NCBI GenBank assembly: GCA_031262595.1
Contig: JAISHI010000028.1
Span: forward strand, 1 to 56,435
Direction of reading: 5' to 3'
Origin: Christensenellaceae bacterium
GTDB taxonomy: Bacteria > Bacillota > Clostridia > Christensenellales > UBA1242
Length of the DNA: 56,435 nt
Within the stretch, counting starts at the first letter, position 1. The number at the start of each line of letters is the position of its first letter. The notes beneath the pieces were generated by a model, which had not been told where the DNA came from, ran no database searches, and saw only the letters and a list, made by a program, of their open reading frames with translations. Shown here one piece after another: positions 50,300-56,435 of this stretch. A program made the position numbers and the translations under genes.

Positions 50300-52318
50300 T
50301 TAGTCTTTCTTTGTATTACGTTCGAACATTTCCATCGCGAGTTTTGCTTCTTCAATATCCGTCGTGATTTGAAGGTTTTGCGCGCGGAGAACCTTATCGA
50401 GATTTTCGAGGGCTGGATAGCGGTCTTTATTCTTAGCCATAATCTCTTCGCAATTCGCAACGCTTTGTTGGAGTTTCGCAAGTTGTTTTGTATCTTTTTC
50501 AAGTTTTTCAAGCCGCGCTGGGTCAACGTCGCTTATATTATTTACGCCGTAGATAACGACTTGTTGTTTCGCGACGATGGCTTCGCGCTTACGAAGGAGT
50601 TTTTTATCCTTATCCAACGTCTTTTTTATGCGACATAGCGGATTAAACTCGCGGCTATTCTCACGCAGTTGTTTCGCGTTTTCTTTTAGTCGAGCGGTAA
50701 GCCCATCTATCTTGTTTTGGTAATCAACCATCAAAATCGACTTCTCTTCCTCAGTATATTCCCGACCTTCAACAATTGTCGTAATAGATGCACGTTGCTT
50801 TTGGATGCGAATTTCTTCTTCGTATAACTCGCGCTCTTTAATAGCGATAATTTCGGCTTGGTGCGTTAATTCGTCCGCGGTTTTAATGAGTTGCGTGTTT
50901 ACTTCCTCATATTTAACAACTGTCTCGTTCTCTTTCGCGGCATATTCCTCTTCGATTTGCTTGCGAATCTCTTCCCGAGTTTCGCTAGTCAAGAGTTTTT
51001 GTTCGGCATCCGTTCCGTGAGAGTCAACAATTTGTTTTTTAAGTCGTTCTAGCTCCGCCTTTAGGGTTTCTTTTTCTGCCGCAATATCTTCTTCCGCCTC
51101 GCGTTTCATGCGCTCAACCTCTTCGCGTTCTTCTTGGAGCGCTTTGGACTCCTCCTCGATTCGGCGACTTTCTTTAGCAAGTTCTGCCCTAAGTTCTATA
51201 TATTTCTCGTTAAGCGCGCGCTCATTTTCCTCGAGTTGCGCCTTCGTTAACTCTGCATCCGCGCCGTTCGCTTGAACATAGTCAAGCTGGCTCGAAAGTT
51301 GCGTATTTTTAGCTTCAAGTATTCGAAGTTGTTTCTCAATGTCTTTGCGGGTTGCATCTTGTTCCGCTTGCATATCTAGGAGTTTTTGTTCATATTCGGC
51401 GCGGATTGCCTCTTCGCGGGATTGTTGGTCTTTAATAACTTGGTCTAGGCTGTCGCGCTTGATTTGTTGCTTTATTTCGCTGGTTTCGGTTGCCTCAGCC
51501 TCAACCGCTGGTTTTTCAACGCTCTCTTCTTTTGTTTGAGCGATTTGGTTAAGTTGCGCCTTCATCTCGTTTATAATGCTTTCGAAATACGCGCGCTCTT
51601 CCTCTATTTTTCGTTGCGTTTCTTCTTGGACTTCCCTAACTTTGCGGCTAGTTTCTTCTTCGAGTTTCTTGTTGAAACTTTCCTCGTCGAGGATAGTCGT
51701 TTGAGTTTGTGTGGTTGCCGCTACCGGCTCCGTGATAGGCGTTTGCGCAGGCGCGACCGACTCCTCCTCGCCGAAATCGAAATTAAATGCAGGCTCTTCT
51801 TGTTTCGCTGACTCTTCCGCAACTTTCGCCGGCGCTTTTTCCTCGAAATCATCAAACGAGAACGCGCTAAAATCGTCGCTTGTTTGAGTTTGTTGTTTCT
51901 CTTCTTGTTTTACTTCTTGTTTTGGCGCGATTTTTTCTTGGGCAATAGGCTCTTCCTCATAAGGAACAGTAAAATTATTTAAATTATCATAATCGTCCGC
52001 GCCGGCAGTCTTCGTTATTGCCTTGTCTAACTCTTCATAAGGATAAACATATTCGCTTTTTGATACGAAGGTTTCTTTTTCTTTCTCAGTCTTTGAAACG
52101 GGCGCCGTATAAATAGGTTCGGCATAACCCGACGGCGTAGGGCTGCTGCTTTTAACAGCGACAGGCTCGCTCGAACTAAACTCCGCGTTTTGTTTCTTCA
52201 TAAAAAGATATATAAATACAGCGATAATAAGCACAGCAACTACTATGCATGCTATTACAATTAGCGTATTTATAACCGAGTCTGGTATACCCATAAGGTT
52301 TGCGAATAGATTTAACAT
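50300..52318 (-). CDS. Membrane-anchored acidic coiled-coil protein
   Basis: One N-terminal TM, low-complexity linker, long E/K/Q-rich heptads. Confidence 0.75.
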   Translation of the reverse strand: MLNLFANLMGIPDSVINTLIVIACIVVAVLIIAVFIYLFMKKQNAEFSSSEPVAVKSSSPTPSGYAEPIYTAPVSKTEKEKETFVSKSEYVYPYEELDKAITKTAGADDYDNLNNFTVPYEEEPIAQEKIAPKQEVKQEEKQQTQTSDDFSAFSFDDFEEKAPAKVAEESAKQEEPAFNFDFGEEESVAPAQTPITEPVAATTQTQTTILDEESFNKKLEEETSRKVREVQEETQRKIEEERAYFESIINEMKAQLNQIAQTKEESVEKPAVEAEATETSEIKQQIKRDSLDQVIKDQQSREEAIRAEYEQKLLDMQAEQDATRKDIEKQLRILEAKNTQLSSQLDYVQANGADAELTKAQLEENERALNEKYIELRAELAKESRRIEEESKALQEEREEVERMKREAEEDIAAEKETLKAELERLKKQIVDSHGTDAEQKLLTSETREEIRKQIEEEYAAKENETVVKYEEVNTQLIKTADELTHQAEIIAIKERELYEEEIRIQKQRASITTIVEGREYTEEEKSILMVDYQNKIDGLTARLKENAKQLRENSREFNPLCRIKKTLDKDKKLLRKREAIVAKQQVVIYGVNNISDVDPARLEKLEKDTKQLAKLQQSVANCEEIMAKNKDRYPALENLDKVLRAQNLQITTDIEEAKLAMEMFERNTKKD

Positions 52319-52364
52319 AATGCGTAAAGATTATCAAAAATTTTATGTAAAGTCAATATTTAGG

Positions 52365-53354
52365 CTAAAATTCTTCGCCCTTAACTTCTCGCATCAAATC
52401 ATCGAAAACTTCTTTTATATCCGCGCCCTCGTGTAAAATTTTATAAACCGCGCCCGCAATCGGCATCTCTATTTTATGTTTCTCGGCTAGTTTAAAAAAC
52501 GCTTTGCTTGTTGGAACGCCTTCCGCAGTCCCGATGCGCTTATTAAAATCCTCTAAACATTCCTTCGATTTGACGAACTCCTCACCATACTTTCGGTTGT
52601 GGCTGTTCCCGCTAAAAAGCGTGGCCTCAAAATCGCCAACGTGCGCAATCCCATACGCGGAGTTTGCGTTTCCGCCTTCCGCAACGATAAGCCGCGCGCA
52701 TTCGAGCATCCCCCGCGCCATAAGCGGCCCTTTTAAGCTAGGTAGCCCCGCGCCGTCAAGCATTCCTGCCGCGATACCCAAAACGTTCTTCGACGCCGCG
52801 CCGAATTCCGTTCCTATTAAATCGTTCCCGCGATAGATCCTAATTAAATCGCTCGCGAACGCTTCGTAAACCTCATCGCGCGCGCCCTTATCGTCGCCGT
52901 CAATGACCATTACGTTAGGTTTATCTTCGGTAAACTCTTGGACATGCCCAGGGCCAACCCAAACGCAAATCTTATTAGTTTCGTCGATTTTTTCGCGCAA
53001 AATAACGGAAAGCCGCTCGCAAGTTTCGCAATCTATCCCCTTCATGCAAAGAACGAAAATCTTGTTCTTCGGGTTATGCCTCGCAATATTCGCCGAAAGG
53101 TCGCGCATAGCTTGCGCCGAAATTGCAACGATAACATATTTCGAAAAATCAAGCGCCGCTTTAAGGTCGCTCTCGAATTTAACCTCATCATTAAGCGTCA
53201 AATAGCCGTTTTTATGTGTCGCGGCAAAATCCTCGAAAAGCGGGTCGCCCTCGCGCCCCCAAACTAAAACCTCGTTCCCTAATTTCTCGCTTTGATACCA
53301 CGCGTGAAAGCCTGCCCAACGCCCACAGCCCAAAATCGCAACTTTTGTTCCCAT
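52365..53354 (-). CDS. gpsA: NAD(P)H-dependent glycerol-3-phosphate dehydrogenase
   Basis: GCGRW, KGI, GPGH, GAASKNV, VGD, SHNR..G, AEG. Confidence 0.92.
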   Translation of the reverse strand: MGTKVAILGCGRWAGFHAWYQSEKLGNEVLVWGREGDPLFEDFAATHKNGYLTLNDEVKFESDLKAALDFSKYVIVAISAQAMRDLSANIARHNPKNKIFVLCMKGIDCETCERLSVILREKIDETNKICVWVGPGHVQEFTEDKPNVMVIDGDDKGARDEVYEAFASDLIRIYRGNDLIGTEFGAASKNVLGIAAGMLDGAGLPSLKGPLMARGMLECARLIVAEGGNANSAYGIAHVGDFEATLFSGNSHNRKYGEEFVKSKECLEDFNKRIGTAEGVPTSKAFFKLAEKHKIEMPIAGAVYKILHEGADIKEVFDDLMREVKGEEF

Positions 53355-53399
53355 ATATGAGTTCTATTATATATTGATAAGTCTTTAATTGACAACGGC

Positions 53400-53960
53400 T
53401 TATTTTATACTTTCAGCTTCTGTGCGTTCTTGCTTAGCCTTCATCTCGGCCGCATGCTCAGTCTCAACCTTGCGTAATTTCTTATATGTTTCAACTGCAA
53501 CCTTGTATTCTTCAGTGTCCTTGTCATACGTTGTGGTTTCATCGCCCTTAATTGTACTATACCCAACAGCCTCAAACTTAGGGTCCCAATAACACTGACT
53601 CATGCTAGATGTTTTAACAAGCTCGTCATTTCTAAACTCACCGCCTGTTATAATATAGTTGTCCACAGAACTAACGTCCCCTTCGCTCATTTTGCCATTA
53701 GCGTCTTTATCATACCATTTTAAAATACTGTACTCGGCATCATCCGTTGTGGCTAAATACACAGACGCGTATTCATTAGGTTTAACTTGGGTGTATCCTG
53801 CTTGAATAAACTCATTTAATTGCTCTTTTGGTGCAATTCCAGATCCCCATAACGCGCTGTTTAATTTCTGTTCCAAAATCCCATCCCCATCCGCATTGGC
53901 TTGCCCTATGGATAATAACGCCGCAGTGGCAGTTGCCAAGATAATGTTTTTCTTTTTCAT
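53400..53960 (-). CDS. Orphan secreted protein
   Basis: Sec signal MKKKNIILATATAALLSIGQANA; AAGGAG SD. Confidence 0.7.
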   Translation of the reverse strand: MKKKNIILATATAALLSIGQANADGDGILEQKLNSALWGSGIAPKEQLNEFIQAGYTQVKPNEYASVYLATTDDAEYSILKWYDKDANGKMSEGDVSSVDNYIITGGEFRNDELVKTSSMSQCYWDPKFEAVGYSTIKGDETTTYDKDTEEYKVAVETYKKLRKVETEHAAEMKAKQERTEAESIK

Positions 53961-53999
53961 ATGAAACTCCTTATTTAACTAATTTTTTTAGTTAAGATT

Positions 54000-54029
54000 A
54001 GTATAGCCCCCCCCCACCGAATTTGTCAA
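54000..54029 (-). promoter_or_regulatory. Sigma-A promoter with G9 tract in the spacer
   Basis: Minus strand TTGACA (54029-54024), 18-bp spacer with 9 G, TATACT (54005-54000). Confidence 0.72.
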
Positions 54030-54047
54030 GTGCTTTTTTAAGATTGG

Positions 54048-54437
54048 TCAATAAAAACAATTCTCATAATGATTTATCTCGAAATCCGGCGCGTCGCCGG
54101 AAACTTCAACGACATCAAACGAAACGATAACGCTATCATAAAGTTTGCTCAACATAAGCCAGCGCATTGCGCCGTTTTTAACATTCTTTTGCTTGGCTTT
54201 CCCGACCGCCATCGCGCCAGTTCCGTAATCCGTCGTTTTTCTATATTTAACTTCAACGAAATGAATTTCCGCGCCCTTATTTTTGCTCGCGATAATATCG
54301 ACCTCCGCGATTTTCTTGCCCGTTTCCTTGTCGTGGAACTCCGCGTTTTGTTCGATTATATAAAATCCCTTGCGTTCAAGATACGCCGCCGCAACGCTCT
54401 CGCCCATCCGCCCATGCGCCTGGTTAAAATAGTTCAT
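54048..54437 (-). CDS. yraN: YraN (UPF0102) family protein
   Basis: G..GE..AA.YL...G..I, EVDII, FVEVKYR, FDVV. Confidence 0.9.
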   Translation of the reverse strand: MNYFNQAHGRMGESVAAAYLERKGFYIIEQNAEFHDKETGKKIAEVDIIASKNKGAEIHFVEVKYRKTTDYGTGAMAVGKAKQKNVKNGAMRWLMLSKLYDSVIVSFDVVEVSGDAPDFEINHYENCFY

Positions 54438-54484
54438 GCCCCATTATCTCATATTCATATATAAATTAAAAGTAAAATCCCACA

Positions 54485-54516
54485 AAAAACCGTCAGGCAA
54501 GATCCCGACGGTTTTT
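54485..54516 (-). terminator. Terminator directly after 16S
   Basis: AAAAACCGTC..GACGGTTTTT hairpin. Confidence 0.75.
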
Positions 54517-54693
54517 AATGAACTTAATAAACTCAACTAATATCACACAAAATCAACTTATACGTTTTTTACGATTTTTAAAATCGAGAAAATTATACAC
54601 TTGCAGAATAACTGCAACCGACTTTTAAATGTACGCAACAATTTATGAGATTGTTGCTGTTGCCTTTGTCTTTCGACGCGGGCAATGCTCTTA

Positions 54694-56209
<1,516 letters not shown>

Positions 56210-56435
56210 ATCTTATTTATAAAGTAAAACCTTATAAAAAATTTTTTTGAGTTTTGTAATCCTGCTCGAAAAACACTCTTGTTGTTGTTTCGCGCGTTGA
56301 AATTACTGTTTGTTTAAATTGACAAGAACATTAAAACCTTAGTTTTTATGTCTTTGTTTGTGTGATATTAAGTTTCTTGAGTTCATACTCGACAACGCGA
56401 TTTCTCGCGCGCAAGTGTTGCAATATTATCATATG

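Overview
A 56.4 kb chromosomal window from a low-GC Firmicute. The 16S, GerA-type germination genes and housekeeping proteins point to Clostridia, probably an uncultured Christensenellales-like lineage (inference). It carries scattered core genes: mnmA, rpsL-rpsG, pgsA, a P-type ATPase, sdaA, class I lysS, nusA-ylxR, folD, pheST, ftsZ, ndk, clpP, tgt-yajC and gpsA. It also has three tRNAs (Glu-TTC, Ile-GAT, Lys-TTT), a stand-alone 16S gene, and a ~7.2 kb integrative element in tRNA-Ile (tyrosine integrase, Xis, HUH Rep, 53-bp att repeats). Most notable: (1) a 16S decoding site where the near-invariant U1406.U1495 pair is C-G and 1409-1491 is A-U; (2) a holin plus signal-peptide-less trimeric fibre operon behind sigma-K-like promoters with no other phage genes; (3) a Bacteroides-type serine palmitoyltransferase plus SDR pair suggesting sphingolipid synthesis in a Clostridium-like cell; (4) poly-G tracts in the promoter spacers of two orphan genes; (5) widespread leaderless genes, a GerB-GerC fusion, two divergent XRE pairs and dispersed heptamer repeats. 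All calls come from reading motifs by eye; no database searches were run.
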